From the IMG/VR virus record IMGVR_UViG_3300048694_000674, positions 77,394 to 141,393 of that record: 64,000 bases of DNA, one strand, 5' to 3'. A program made the position numbers and the translations under genes. The DNA is from a virus. The notes below the pieces were generated by a model, which was not told the DNA's origin, did no database searches, and was given only the letters and a program-made list of their open reading frames with translations. Shown piece by piece: positions 1 through 10,873 of this stretch (positions within the stretch are counted from its first letter, which is position 1; each line of letters begins with the position of its first letter).

Positions 1-483
1 ATTAATACTGGTTTAACAGCAACAATTAAGACTGGTGTTGTTTATGGTAATGGTATATATGTGGTTGGTGACAGATTAGGATCCGTGGCTACATCAACTA
101 ACGGTACATCTTGGTCAAATACCAAACCTACTTCAACTGCAATTATTCATATGGCGTATGGTAATGGGTTATTTGTTTATGGCGGTGTTGCTGGTATTCT
201 TGCTACTTCTGTTGATGGTGTTACATGGACAACTGTATCTTCAAATACAACATCAACAATACAGTGGATAACTTATGGAAATAATTTGTATGTTTATGTT
301 ACGCAATTGGGAGGAATTATAACATCAAAATCATTTACAGCAGAATATTCTACCTATTATGATGCAACAAGTCAATTTTATGCGCCAGCTTTTACATCTA
401 CTGATTTGTTGACAGTTCAAGCAACATCAACATTGTTATCTTCAGCTGTTTATACTACTACGTATGTGAGGGCAAAAAAATGA
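1..483 (+). CDS. C-terminal part of YGNG-repeat beta-propeller fibre/adhesin protein (5'-truncated by window)
   Basis: Frame open from base 1; YGNG..Y..G..G...TS.DG.TW repeats; C-terminus (YDATSQFY..P...TYVRAK) shared with next two ORFs. Confidence 0.7.
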   Translation: MNTGLTATIKTGVVYGNGIYVVGDRLGSVATSTNGTSWSNTKPTSTAIIHMAYGNGLFVYGGVAGILATSVDGVTWTTVSSNTTSTIQWITYGNNLYVYVTQLGGIITSKSFTAEYSTYYDATSQFYAPAFTSTDLLTVQATSTLLSSAVYTTTYVRAKK

Positions 484-1700
484 CATCGATTAAAAAACTA
501 AGCTCTCCTCAAGTAGAATTTGGCGAATACTTTACAGCTGTATCAGCAAATATTATTCATCAAGAAACACGTGGAGCAAATTCTGTTCAAAATGATGCTA
601 ACAATTCTGCTGTGTTTCTCAAAGATAATGCTGCATATAGTCAGGCGACATATCCAGATCTGTATAATAGACTTGGACTAATTGGAGCTGGTGTTACTAC
701 ACCAATAACTTCTGGTACTGCGGCTACAATTCAAAAGATTGTATATGGGAATGGAATTTATCTTTATGGAGCTTCTGATGGAACTGTGGGGACTTCTACT
801 GATGGTGTAACTTGGACAACTAGATCTGTCACAACTGTTACTGCTATAGTTGATTTAGATTATGGTAATGGTATTTTTGCTTTTGCTGCTAACCCACAAT
901 CAGTAAGATATGGAACTTCTACTGATGGCGTAACTTGGACAACACAAACTTCTGATTCGAATCCAGTCGTTGCATTGACTTATGGAAATGGTATATTCAT
1001 AGTAAGCAAAAGTTTAGGTGGTGGTACAGGCGCGTCTTTGCAAAAATCTACAGATGGACTCAACTACAGCACAACGGGTATTGCAACTCCATCTTCTTCA
1101 TCACCAATTAACAGTCTTTTTTATGCCTCTAGTGGATTATGGCTGTGTTGTAATCAAGACGCAACACAGTATGTAAAATCTTCAACAGATAATGGAGCAT
1201 CATGGTCATCTTCTGGTACATTAGGTTTTGGTGCATCGACAGCAAAAACATTTGGTTATGGTAATGGTTTATATGTTTTAGTTTCAACAAATGCAACTTT
1301 ATACACATCAACCAATGGAACAACATGGACATCCAGAACTTCTGGTACTGCATCAGCTATTAATACGGTAACATATGGTAATGGTTTATATGTTTATGGA
1401 GCTGCTAGCGGTACATACGTTACATCAACAGATGCAATTACATGGAATCAAGCTTTATCAGTTGTTGGTTCTATTACCTTTTCCTGTTCTTCATACATGA
1501 ATAGTAAATATTATTTTGGAGGCGGTTCTGGTTCGATAACAACATCAACAACTATGACAAATGTTGAATATTCTCCATATTATACTGCCGCTTCTCAATT
1601 CTATATACCACCACTAACAGAATCAAGTACTTTGACGTTGCAAGCAACAACCACTTTATTATCTTCAGCAATTTATTCAACTTATATAAGAGCAAAATAA
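480..1700 (+). CDS. Beta-propeller fibre protein with tail-collar-like segments
   Basis: AYSQATYPDLYNRLG collar-like motif, ~39-aa YGNG/STDG.TW repeats, SQFYIP C-terminal motif. Confidence 0.7.
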   Translation: MTSIKKLSSPQVEFGEYFTAVSANIIHQETRGANSVQNDANNSAVFLKDNAAYSQATYPDLYNRLGLIGAGVTTPITSGTAATIQKIVYGNGIYLYGASDGTVGTSTDGVTWTTRSVTTVTAIVDLDYGNGIFAFAANPQSVRYGTSTDGVTWTTQTSDSNPVVALTYGNGIFIVSKSLGGGTGASLQKSTDGLNYSTTGIATPSSSSPINSLFYASSGLWLCCNQDATQYVKSSTDNGASWSSSGTLGFGASTAKTFGYGNGLYVLVSTNATLYTSTNGTTWTSRTSGTASAINTVTYGNGLYVYGAASGTYVTSTDAITWNQALSVVGSITFSCSSYMNSKYYFGGGSGSITTSTTMTNVEYSPYYTAASQFYIPPLTESSTLTLQATTTLLSSAIYSTYIRAK

Positions 1701-1701
1701 A

Positions 1702-4527
1702 ATGAGCAATGCTAGTAATTTCAGACCAGATCCAGTATCTTTACCAATAGGTACAGTAAAGAAAGAAATATTCGTTGGTACTCCTAATACTGGAGTGACA
1801 ACTCCAACAACTCTTACTGAAAATGGTGTTTGGCTTTTATCTGGTTCTACTTATGCACAAGCAACGTATCCAGCGCTATATAACCAATTAGGATTGTTAC
1901 GTGGTACAAGCCCAATACCAAAAACAACTGGCAGTACAACAACAATTAATGCTGCAGTTTATGGTGCTGGTCTTTATGTTCTTTCTGCAACTGATGTTTA
2001 TTTAACTTCGACTGATACAAATGTTTGGACTACGAGATCTTCTGGTACATCATCGATAATATATTCAACAGCATATGGTAATGGAATTTATCTTTATGGC
2101 GGAGCTGGCGGCGCTCTAGCAACTTCTACAGATGCAATAACTTGGACTCAAAGAACATCTAACTCATCGACATTTTTATATACATTGGCGTATGGTAATG
2201 GCGTATATCTTTATGCAGGATCTGGTGGTGGTTTAGGATCTTCTACAGATGCAACAACATGGACAACAAGAACTTCAGGAACAAGTTCTGCAATACAAGA
2301 TCTTGCATATGGTAACAGTTTATACGTATATGTTGGGGCTGGTGGTGTAACAGGCACATCAACAGATGGTATAACTTGGACATCAAGAACATCTGGTGCT
2401 GCGAATGGCGGTTCTACTACTACTCAGGCTTTAAATGGTGTTATCTACGCTAACGGATTGTATGTTTCAGGAGGAGCTGCTGGTACAATTATAACAAATA
2501 CAAACCCAAATGGAACTAACTGGACAACCAGAACTTCTGGAACTGCATCAATTATATATTCTGTTGCTTATGGCGCTGGCGTTTATGTATACGCTGGGGC
2601 TGGTGGTGTATTAGCTTCATCAACTGATGGTACAACATGGACATCCAGAACTTCTGGTACAACATCTATTATTCTTGATATTGTTTATGGTAATGGCGCT
2701 TTTACGTATGTTGGCGTTGCTGGTGCCACTGGTTATTCAACTGATGGTATAACTTGGTTTTCAGGTATTTCGTTGACAACATCTTCATATGAATCTGTTA
2801 CTTATGGTAATGGTGTTTATGTTACTGGAGGTTATGGTGGATTATTAAAAATTTCAACTAATAATTTGACAAACTGGTCTCCATATTCAAACTTTATAAC
2901 ATATGGTAATGGTAAATTTGTTTCTGCTTCTCAGGCTTATGTAGAAACATCAACGGATGCTTATACTTGGACAGCAAGAACTGCATATACAAATAAAGCA
3001 ATATCGTTTGTAAATTATACCAATGGTATCTATGTATATACTGGATTACTTGGTAACTACGGATCATCAACAGACGGTATAACTTGGTCAGCAAGAAATG
3101 TTGATACAGGATCTGTTCTTAGAGCGACGGCGTATGGTAATGGTACTTATGCGATGGGTGGAACTGGTGGCGCTCTTTTATCAAATTCAGATTCAACGCT
3201 GAAATTATTCACATCTAGAACTTCTGGCACTGCTTCACAAATTTTAGCAATGGTATATGGTAACGGCGTTTTTGCTTATGGAGCAGTCAGTGGTGGTTTA
3301 GGATCTTCTACAGATGCCATTACGTGGACAGCAAGAACTGCAGTAAATACATCCACAGTAAATGCTATGGCATATGGCAATGGTACATATGCGCTTGGAG
3401 GAAACCTTGGTGTATTAGGATCTTCTACAGATGCCATTACGTGGACAGCAAGAACTGTTGTAAACACATCAACAGTATATGGAATGACTTATGGCAACAG
3501 CTTATTTGTTCTTGGCGGTCATTTAGGGTTAATTGCTTCATCACCCGACGCTATTACTTGGACATCAAGAACAGTTGTAAATACTTCAACAGTATTTGCT
3601 GTTACATATGGTAATGGTACATATGTTGTTGCTGGTCATCTTGGCGTTTTAGGAACAAGCACAGCTCCAGCAACTGTCGCTTTTTCTGCTAAAACATCTG
3701 GTACAACATCTTCTATTCGTAGTTTGACGTATGGTAATGGTATTTATGTATTTGGTACAGATGCTGGTGGTATTAGCTCTTCTACAGATGCAACAACATG
3801 GAATGCAAGAACTTCTGGAACGACAGTTACAATTTGGTCGCTTAGTTATGGTAGTGGTACTTTTTATTATGTTGATAACAATGGATCTGCTGGTACTTCT
3901 ACTGACGGCACTACTTGGTTACCATACAAAGCAGGTCCAACAACATCAACAATAAACAGTGTTGTTTATGGCAATAGTTTATATTTATTTTCTGGAACTG
4001 GTGGTTATTTAGTAACAACAACCAATTTCAATACATGGACAGTTCAAACATCTGGCACAACATCTAATATTATTGCAGTATCGTATGGTAATGGATTGTT
4101 CCATTATGGTGGTGTTGGTGGTGTGTTAGCCTCTTCTACTGACGCTGTTACTTGGACAGCTAGAACACCTGGAGTGGGAACAGCAACTATTGAATCTATA
4201 ACTTATGGTAATGGTAATTATACTTTAGTTGCTGATTCTGGCTGGATGAGTACATCAACAGATGGTATTACTTGGAATCTAAAACCAACAAATACCACCT
4301 CTACGCTGAATAATATAACATATGCTAGTGGAGCTAATACGCATCTGATAAGTGGTATTACTGGTTATTTCGCTGTGGCAAATAACACATCATTGATAAA
4401 TTATTCGCCTACATATGATGTTAGCACTAATTTCTATGTACCATCATTTACTGGTCAGGGAACATTTGGTACAGTTACTTTAGGTTCTCAGCCTGTAATA
4501 CAAACATATGTGAAAGGTAAAAACTGA
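1702..4527 (+). CDS. Large (941 aa) multi-propeller fibre/adhesin protein
   Basis: WLLSGSTYAQATYPALYNQLG collar-like motif followed by roughly 20 ~39-aa repeats; TNFYVP near the C-terminus. Confidence 0.75.
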   Translation: MSNASNFRPDPVSLPIGTVKKEIFVGTPNTGVTTPTTLTENGVWLLSGSTYAQATYPALYNQLGLLRGTSPIPKTTGSTTTINAAVYGAGLYVLSATDVYLTSTDTNVWTTRSSGTSSIIYSTAYGNGIYLYGGAGGALATSTDAITWTQRTSNSSTFLYTLAYGNGVYLYAGSGGGLGSSTDATTWTTRTSGTSSAIQDLAYGNSLYVYVGAGGVTGTSTDGITWTSRTSGAANGGSTTTQALNGVIYANGLYVSGGAAGTIITNTNPNGTNWTTRTSGTASIIYSVAYGAGVYVYAGAGGVLASSTDGTTWTSRTSGTTSIILDIVYGNGAFTYVGVAGATGYSTDGITWFSGISLTTSSYESVTYGNGVYVTGGYGGLLKISTNNLTNWSPYSNFITYGNGKFVSASQAYVETSTDAYTWTARTAYTNKAISFVNYTNGIYVYTGLLGNYGSSTDGITWSARNVDTGSVLRATAYGNGTYAMGGTGGALLSNSDSTLKLFTSRTSGTASQILAMVYGNGVFAYGAVSGGLGSSTDAITWTARTAVNTSTVNAMAYGNGTYALGGNLGVLGSSTDAITWTARTVVNTSTVYGMTYGNSLFVLGGHLGLIASSPDAITWTSRTVVNTSTVFAVTYGNGTYVVAGHLGVLGTSTAPATVAFSAKTSGTTSSIRSLTYGNGIYVFGTDAGGISSSTDATTWNARTSGTTVTIWSLSYGSGTFYYVDNNGSAGTSTDGTTWLPYKAGPTTSTINSVVYGNSLYLFSGTGGYLVTTTNFNTWTVQTSGTTSNIIAVSYGNGLFHYGGVGGVLASSTDAVTWTARTPGVGTATIESITYGNGNYTLVADSGWMSTSTDGITWNLKPTNTTSTLNNITYASGANTHLISGITGYFAVANNTSLINYSPTYDVSTNFYVPSFTGQGTFGTVTLGSQPVIQTYVKGKN
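3298..3457 (+). repeat. 43-bp exact direct repeat at 117-bp period within propeller gene
   Basis: ttaggatcttctacagatgccattacgtggacagcaagaactg at 3298-3340 and 3415-3457; recent blade duplication. Confidence 0.85.
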
Positions 4528-4528
4528 T

Positions 4529-4747
4529 ATGCTATTATACAGAATATTAGAAAATGGTTATTATGGTGGTTGTTATCAAGTCCCAGATGATCCAGATGAT
4601 GTAAATGGCATTCCTCTTGGCACAACAAAGAAAGCTGTTCCTGATGATATTCCAGAAGGATTGTATCCTTTTTGGGGTGGCTCTGGTTGGAATTTGACGA
4701 ATATACCTCCAACCCCACCTCCACCACCCGAAGAAATACCACAATAA
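4529..4747 (+). CDS. Small putative tail-fibre assembly-like protein
   Basis: GIPLGTT..VP...P.G.YP.W.G.GW pattern typical of fibre chaperones; follows fibre gene. Confidence 0.45.
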   Translation: MLLYRILENGYYGGCYQVPDDPDDVNGIPLGTTKKAVPDDIPEGLYPFWGGSGWNLTNIPPTPPPPPEEIPQ

Positions 4748-4778
4748 ATAGGTATACTATGTTATTTGGAGATATATT

Positions 4779-5492
4779 ATGAAAATAATGATTGCTACGC
4801 CTACGCAAAATAGTATGTGTACTATTAACTATACTGCTTCTATGATTAATCTGTTCAAAGAAGCAGCAAAATATGATGACTTTGAATTAGAATTTTTATA
4901 TGGTACGAATGAAGCTCTAGTAACTCATGCCAGAAATTTATGTGTAAATCTTTTTTTAAAATCAGATGCGACTCATTTGCTTTTTATAGATTCGGATATT
5001 CAATTTCACCCAAGTCAAATTATACAAATGATTAGAACTAAATCTGACTTTGTTTGTGGCATATATCCAAAAAAAAAGATTGATTGGGAAAAGGTAAGAG
5101 TTGCTGCATTACATGGCGTACAGGCTCAACTATTGCAATCACATTCAAACGAATATTTGGTTGTACCTTCTGCTAATACAGAACCACTAGAAAATGGGTT
5201 GGTAGAAATTGATAGAGCAGCTACTGGTATGATGTTGATCAGTAAAACTGTATTTGAAACATTGAAAGATAAGGTGAACGCATTCAATCTAGTTGCGCCA
5301 GTTCAATCCAATATTCAATACGGTCAGGATGAAAAATATTATGAGTTTTTCTATTCTCAAATTGAACCAGAAACTAATTTGTTTCTCAACGAAGATTTTA
5401 GTTTTTGTAAATTGTGGATAGATAATGGTGGTAAGATATACGGCGCACCATGGGTAAAATTGTTTCATGTCGGTAATCATGTTTATGGATGA
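4779..5492 (+). CDS. GT-A fold glycosyltransferase-like protein
   Basis: IMIATP...ARN...THLLFIDSDI (DxD)...ATGMMLI...EDFSFC. Confidence 0.75.
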   Translation: MKIMIATPTQNSMCTINYTASMINLFKEAAKYDDFELEFLYGTNEALVTHARNLCVNLFLKSDATHLLFIDSDIQFHPSQIIQMIRTKSDFVCGIYPKKKIDWEKVRVAALHGVQAQLLQSHSNEYLVVPSANTEPLENGLVEIDRAATGMMLISKTVFETLKDKVNAFNLVAPVQSNIQYGQDEKYYEFFYSQIEPETNLFLNEDFSFCKLWIDNGGKIYGAPWVKLFHVGNHVYG

Positions 5493-5501
5493 GGTATTAT
5501 T

Positions 5502-6032
5502 ATGAGAAAAGAATTATTGATTGGTTGTGGAGCTCAGAGAAAAAAGGTTTTGTTCTCAAAAGGAAACGAGAGCTGGAGTAATTTGGTAACATTGGATATT
5601 GAAGCTGTTCATAAGCCTGATGTTATTCATGATCTTTGTGTTTTACCATATCCTTTTGAGAGTGATGAATTTGATGAAATTCATGCCTACGATGTTTTAG
5701 AACATACTGGACAACAGGGAGATTATAAATTCTTTTTTGCTCAGTTTAGTGAATTTTGGAGAATACTAAAACCGAATGGTATGTTATTCGCAAAATGTCC
5801 TTCTTATAAATCGAGTTGGGCATGGGGTGATCCAGGTCATACTCGTATAATTCAGTCTAATACTTTGGTATTTTTAAAACAACCAGAATATACTAAGCAG
5901 ATCGGCAAATCGCAAATGACTGATTATCGTTCAATATACAAAGCAGATTTCCAAGAAGTATATGTAAAAGAAACAGATGAAGATCTATTTTTTGTTATGA
6001 AAGCTATAAAACCATCCAGAATAAGCATCTAA
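5502..6032 (+). CDS. Class I SAM-dependent methyltransferase
   Basis: LLIGCG motif I, LDI, PF..DEFDEIHAYDVLEH, RILKPNG. Confidence 0.8.
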   Translation: MRKELLIGCGAQRKKVLFSKGNESWSNLVTLDIEAVHKPDVIHDLCVLPYPFESDEFDEIHAYDVLEHTGQQGDYKFFFAQFSEFWRILKPNGMLFAKCPSYKSSWAWGDPGHTRIIQSNTLVFLKQPEYTKQIGKSQMTDYRSIYKADFQEVYVKETDEDLFFVMKAIKPSRISI

Positions 6033-6060
6033 TAAATATAACAAAAAAAGAGAAAAACCA

Positions 6061-6573
6061 ATGACAATCAGTTTAGAATTAGCAAAAGTCGCTCAGTATG
6101 TTTCAGTCAATACATCTTCGAATGTAGTGACTTCGAATGCAACATTGGCATTGTCTGGTTCGTCTTCTTCTCTTGGTACGTTATTATTAAATGCAGCCGA
6201 AACTACTAACGTTTCTGCAACAGCTGCCAATAGTACTATGACATATTATTTGTCTAGCCAATCTGTAATGTATTTGACGACAAATGCTGCAGCTAACTGG
6301 AATCCAAACGTAGCATTTTCTTCTGGAACTACTTTGAATACTGCTCTGACAACTAACCAAGCTATTACATTTGTTATGATGGTTACTCAAGGAACTACTG
6401 CTTATTATAGTAATACAATTTATGTTGATGGAACGCAAGTAACACCAAAATGGCAAGGTGGATCAGCCCCTACTGCAGGTAATGCTTCTGGCGTTGATAT
6501 ATATACATATACAATAATTAAAACTGCTAGTGCTACATTTACGGTATTCGCTTCGCAGACACAGTTTAAGTAA
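6061..6573 (+). CDS. Putative fibre structural/adaptor protein
   Basis: Late promoter upstream; KWQGGSAPTAGNASGVDIYTYTIIKT beta-sandwich C-terminus seen in phage fibre proteins. Confidence 0.5.
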   Translation: MTISLELAKVAQYVSVNTSSNVVTSNATLALSGSSSSLGTLLLNAAETTNVSATAANSTMTYYLSSQSVMYLTTNAAANWNPNVAFSSGTTLNTALTTNQAITFVMMVTQGTTAYYSNTIYVDGTQVTPKWQGGSAPTAGNASGVDIYTYTIIKTASATFTVFASQTQFK

Positions 6574-6582
6574 GAGGAAATT

Positions 6583-7986
6583 ATGCCTACAATTATTACT
6601 CGTGGTGCTGCTTCTCCGCGTGGATTTGGATTTGGATACAGTTCATCTTTAACAAATTATATTGCATATCAGTCTTTTACACAACCCCCTTATAGCACAG
6701 TTCATGCGTACGGATCTTGTACAGATAGTTCAGGTAATTTTTACTATGTTGGAAAGGGCGCATATACTACTAATTCAGGATTATATTTACAAAAACAAGA
6801 TTCAAAAGGTAATACAATATGGACTCAAGGATTCAATGATACTCATTTAAATGATATTTGTTTTGGATATCTATTCAATATTGGAACTTGTATAGATGTT
6901 GATTCGTCAGGAAATATTTATGTTGGTGGAAGTACTTATATAGTAAGTACAGGTTTTACTTATGCTTTTATTATAAAATTTGACTCTACTGGTTCGTTAC
7001 AATATGAAAAGAAAATTCTTTATAGTTCTGGTACAGGCACAGATCCTATTTGTGTGAGTGGATTGAAATGTGATCCATCATCAGGATATATTTATGTGGG
7101 TATTCAATTAGACAATTCAAGTTATGGATTAATAAAATATGATTCAACTTTGACATCACAATGGAAATACAGATTAGCTGGCGCTCGTACATTTTATCAA
7201 GACTATTCATATATATATGGTTCAACAAATAATATGGCTTTAGACAGTTCAGGAAACATTTATGTTAATATAGTAACAACTGTTACTTATTCTGGAGATA
7301 GAGCAGGTTTTATAAAATTTGATAGTTCAGGAAATGTATTACTTGAGCGCAGATTAGCTACAGGAGGTAATTCATATTATGGTGGATTTGGTATATGTTT
7401 AGATTCATCAAATAATATTTATATTACTTCTGGATATAACAATTCTTCATATGTTAATGGTTTTCTTTCAAAATTTGATTCAAGTGGAACATACCTTTGG
7501 AGTTATTATATAGCAACTGCTAGTCCATCCCATACTATTGCAAATTGTCTATCAGTCGATAGTAGTAATAATATTTATGTTGGAGGCGGAACTGGTATAT
7601 CTGGTGCTGGTAATGCCTTTATTATGAAATTTAATTCAAGTGGAACTATACAATATCAAAGAAATATAGGTGATGCAGGCACTATAGTTGTTAATAGATA
7701 TGTTACATCTTTAATAATGAACGGTAAAAATGCATTTTATATAACTGCATATGGAACAAATACTCCATTTATAGCAAGTTTACCATTAGATGGTTCTAAA
7801 ACAGGAACTTACACAGTAGGAGCTTATTCAGTTGTTTATACTGCTTCATCGTATACTATAAGTTCAATATCGCTTACTGATTCTGCAGGAACTAGATCAA
7901 CAAGTTCAGGAGCTGTTATGTCTGAAAGTACTGCAACACAAACACAAACTACTGCTACATCTACAAACAGTGTTAAAGTAATATGA
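6583..7986 (+). CDS. SBBP-like beta-propeller adhesin
   Basis: Repeated (V/L)DSSGNIYV.G and FI.KFDSSG motifs. Confidence 0.7.
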   Translation: MPTIITRGAASPRGFGFGYSSSLTNYIAYQSFTQPPYSTVHAYGSCTDSSGNFYYVGKGAYTTNSGLYLQKQDSKGNTIWTQGFNDTHLNDICFGYLFNIGTCIDVDSSGNIYVGGSTYIVSTGFTYAFIIKFDSTGSLQYEKKILYSSGTGTDPICVSGLKCDPSSGYIYVGIQLDNSSYGLIKYDSTLTSQWKYRLAGARTFYQDYSYIYGSTNNMALDSSGNIYVNIVTTVTYSGDRAGFIKFDSSGNVLLERRLATGGNSYYGGFGICLDSSNNIYITSGYNNSSYVNGFLSKFDSSGTYLWSYYIATASPSHTIANCLSVDSSNNIYVGGGTGISGAGNAFIMKFNSSGTIQYQRNIGDAGTIVVNRYVTSLIMNGKNAFYITAYGTNTPFIASLPLDGSKTGTYTVGAYSVVYTASSYTISSISLTDSAGTRSTSSGAVMSESTATQTQTTATSTNSVKVI

Positions 7987-8285
7987 GATACATTAAGCTA
8001 GAAACCTTAGAATACCCACGACACCAAGGGGATATTCGACTTGAATATCCAGAAATGGGAGAACAATTTGTTTGTCCAGATACATATGCTTTTGTTGATT
8101 TGGATTTAACACCTGAGTACGATCCAGATACACATACATTCGAATGGCAGTTTCCTTCTAATGAAAATGGAAAATGGATTCAAAAAGCAAAGGTAAGATT
8201 ATTAACTCAAGATGAAATTGATAATAAAAACAAATTTATAAATTTAAATCAAGTATATGGGACTGCACCAGATGTTATCGGTTAA
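7983..8285 (+). CDS. Putative fibre-associated chaperone
   Basis: PEYDPDTH...P...NGKWIQ pattern, position after adhesin. Confidence 0.45.
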   Translation: MRYIKLETLEYPRHQGDIRLEYPEMGEQFVCPDTYAFVDLDLTPEYDPDTHTFEWQFPSNENGKWIQKAKVRLLTQDEIDNKNKFINLNQVYGTAPDVIG

Positions 8286-8619
8286 ACCAATCGAAAATAT
8301 TGGCGATCTTCGTGGTGGTATATATGACTTCGAAAAATCAGGAGATATTTTACCGAAGCACGTTCACACTGAAGACAATGTTCACATAACTATTGTCGCT
8401 CGTGGACGTATCAAAGCTTATAGCCATGATTGGGAACAAGAAGGATCTGCAGGTCAAATACTCAACTTTCGACCCGATGAGCCTCATGAAATTATGGCCT
8501 TGGAAGACAATACTCGTATTATCAATATACAGAAAAAGATGGGCGGAGTTTATTCTTCAGATACAGACTTATTGAGTTTGGACAGGGAAACATCGACTGC
8601 AACCATCGACCAACTATAA
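8272..8619 (+). CDS. Cupin-fold protein
   Basis: LPKHVH....HITIVARG and PHEIMALED cupin motifs. Confidence 0.7.
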   Translation: MLSVKPIENIGDLRGGIYDFEKSGDILPKHVHTEDNVHITIVARGRIKAYSHDWEQEGSAGQILNFRPDEPHEIMALEDNTRIINIQKKMGGVYSSDTDLLSLDRETSTATIDQL

Positions 8620-8651
8620 ATAGAAATAAAAACACAAAGGGAATATAAGTT

Positions 8652-9062
8652 ATGGCTGGTTTATCATTTAATGTTCAATCTGGTGTAAATCTTCAGAGCA
8701 ATACGATTCAGAATTATACTGAATTTGCTACTGGATCTTCATTTACAGGAACTTCTGCTACAGTTCCATCTAACACCAACGTTGTCCGATATATTCTGAA
8801 TAACAATACAACAATCACTCTTCCATCAAGTCAGCCAGGAGTTTCAAACGCTCTCAAGACGATTGTTCTTATGTTCACACAGGATGCTACTGGTGGAAGA
8901 ACGATGACACTGGCAGCTCCTTCTGGAGAATCAATCAAATACAATAACGCATCTACACAACCAGCAGTTGTTAGTGGAGCTGGCAAAACAACAATCTATA
9001 CATGTATGAAATTTGACTCTGACACTGTTTGGCGTGTAGCTCTTTCTTATATCGACGCTTGA
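8652..9062 (+). CDS. Putative fibre structural/adaptor protein
   Basis: LMFTQDATGGRT motif, late promoter upstream. Confidence 0.5.
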   Translation: MAGLSFNVQSGVNLQSNTIQNYTEFATGSSFTGTSATVPSNTNVVRYILNNNTTITLPSSQPGVSNALKTIVLMFTQDATGGRTMTLAAPSGESIKYNNASTQPAVVSGAGKTTIYTCMKFDSDTVWRVALSYIDA

Positions 9063-9078
9063 TAAAGGAGTTAACGCG

Positions 9079-10854
9079 ATGCCAGGAATAGCATTTTCGC
9101 TTTTAATGAAGTCGATTGTACCAGCCAATACTCAGACGTTTACGGCTAATGGTACATATACTGTTCCTTATGGTGTAAGAAATATCACAGTATCAAACGT
9201 CGGTACAGCAGGTAATCCTGGCAATCCAGGGAATCCAGGAGCCTCTGGTAATGCTGGTGGTACAGGAAATCCAGGTAATGCTGGCAATCCAGGAAATAAC
9301 GGCGCTGCAGGAGCAGCAGGTAATGCTGGTAATCCAGGAAATAATGGCGCAGGTGGTGCTGCAGGTAATCCAGGAAATGCTGGATCTCCTGGTAATGCTG
9401 GTAATCCAGGAACTCCAGGATACGGTGGTAATGGCGGCGCAGGTGGTTATGCTGGTGGTGCTGGTAATCCAGGATATAACGGTTCTGCAGGTAACGGTGG
9501 CGCTGGCGGTCCAAATGGTGGTCCAGGAAATCCAGGAAATGCTGGCAGTATTGGTTATGATCCATCAAACGATACATACTACGGAATAAACGGTAATCCA
9601 GGTAATCCAGGAGCAAGTTATTCTGGTGGTTACTCTGGTGGCGCTGGCGGACCAGCTTCATATGTTTACGATTACAATTATAATGTTTCTTATTATAACG
9701 GTAGTGGTGGTACTGGTGGATCTGGTGGATCTGGTAGCCCAGGAAATCCAGGCTCTGCTGGTGGCGCTGGGTATTCAGGTTATCCTGCAACTGGCGGTTA
9801 TCCAGGAAATCCAGGATCATATGGTAGCGCAGGTTCTGCAGGAAATCCAGGATCTGCAGGTAATTCTGGTACAGGAACGCCAGCTGGTAACGCAGGTAAC
9901 AATGGAAATCCAGGAACGGGTACACCTGCAGGTGGAGCTGGAAGTGATGGTACAAATGGTACATCAGGAAATCCTGGAGCTGCAGGTAATGCTGGCGCAG
10001 ATGGTACAAATGGAACTGCTGGTAATCCAGGAAATGGCAACGCAACATTCTACAACAATTCTTATTTTACACTAACATTTACAGCTGGTAATGGTGGTAC
10101 TGCAGGTACTAAAGGAACTGGTGGTGCAGGAGGAAATGGTGGCGCTGGCGGTAATGGTGGCACTAAAGGAACTGCTGGTAATCCAGGAAATCCAGGAACA
10201 TACGGTAATGCTGGTACTAAAGGAAATCCAGGCAATGCTGGTACATATGGTAATGGTGGTAACGGTGGTGCTGGCGGTGCTGCAGGTAATGCTGGTGGAT
10301 TAGGAGCTCCAGGAAATCCAGGAAATGATGGTACTGCTGGTAATGGTGGTTCTGCAGGAAATCCAGGTAATCCTGGTAATGCAGGAAATCCAGGAGGTGG
10401 TGGTACAGGTGGTAACTCTGCTACAGGATTTGGTTCTCCAGGAGCTGGTGGACCAAGTAATCCAGGAACTGCTGGTAATGCTGGTACAGGCGCTACTGCT
10501 GGTAATCCAGGATATTCAGGAAATCCAGGAAATGCTGGTACGCCAAGTTATGCTGGTTCAGGTGGATCTGGTAGTCCAGGAAATCCAGGAAATCCAGGAG
10601 TAGCAGGAAACCCAGGAAATGGCGCAACAGCAGGAAATCCAGGATCTGCAGGTAATTCTGGTACAGGTGCTACTGCTGGTAATCCAGGAAATCCAGGATC
10701 TGCTGGTAACCCAGGATCTGCTGGCAATTCTGGAACTGCAGGTGGAGCTGGTAACGGTACAACAACACAATCTTCAAATACTGTATCTTTGGTAACATAC
10801 AACTTTACAGTAGCTCCAGGAGGATCAACTACAATATCATATGCTAGACAATAA
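9079..10854 (+). CDS. Glycine-rich Gly-X-Y (collagen-like or polyglycine-II) fibre protein
   Basis: Long GNP/GNA/GTA triplet runs; TFTANGTYTVPYGV N-terminus typical of Gly-rich adhesin domains. Confidence 0.75.
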   Translation: MPGIAFSLLMKSIVPANTQTFTANGTYTVPYGVRNITVSNVGTAGNPGNPGNPGASGNAGGTGNPGNAGNPGNNGAAGAAGNAGNPGNNGAGGAAGNPGNAGSPGNAGNPGTPGYGGNGGAGGYAGGAGNPGYNGSAGNGGAGGPNGGPGNPGNAGSIGYDPSNDTYYGINGNPGNPGASYSGGYSGGAGGPASYVYDYNYNVSYYNGSGGTGGSGGSGSPGNPGSAGGAGYSGYPATGGYPGNPGSYGSAGSAGNPGSAGNSGTGTPAGNAGNNGNPGTGTPAGGAGSDGTNGTSGNPGAAGNAGADGTNGTAGNPGNGNATFYNNSYFTLTFTAGNGGTAGTKGTGGAGGNGGAGGNGGTKGTAGNPGNPGTYGNAGTKGNPGNAGTYGNGGNGGAGGAAGNAGGLGAPGNPGNDGTAGNGGSAGNPGNPGNAGNPGGGGTGGNSATGFGSPGAGGPSNPGTAGNAGTGATAGNPGYSGNPGNAGTPSYAGSGGSGSPGNPGNPGVAGNPGNGATAGNPGSAGNSGTGATAGNPGNPGSAGNPGSAGNSGTAGGAGNGTTTQSSNTVSLVTYNFTVAPGGSTTISYARQ

Positions 10855-10873
10855 ATTGAAAGGATAACTTATT

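Noticed and set aside
5502-6032. This MTase as the C5-cytosine partner of the TET enzyme
   Set aside because: Short class I small-molecule type without PCQ/ENV motifs, located in a late fibre module 30 kb away
9185-10802. Long antisense and alternate-frame ORFs over the Gly-rich gene
   Set aside because: Shadows of the triplet repeat; no RBS or recognisable domains
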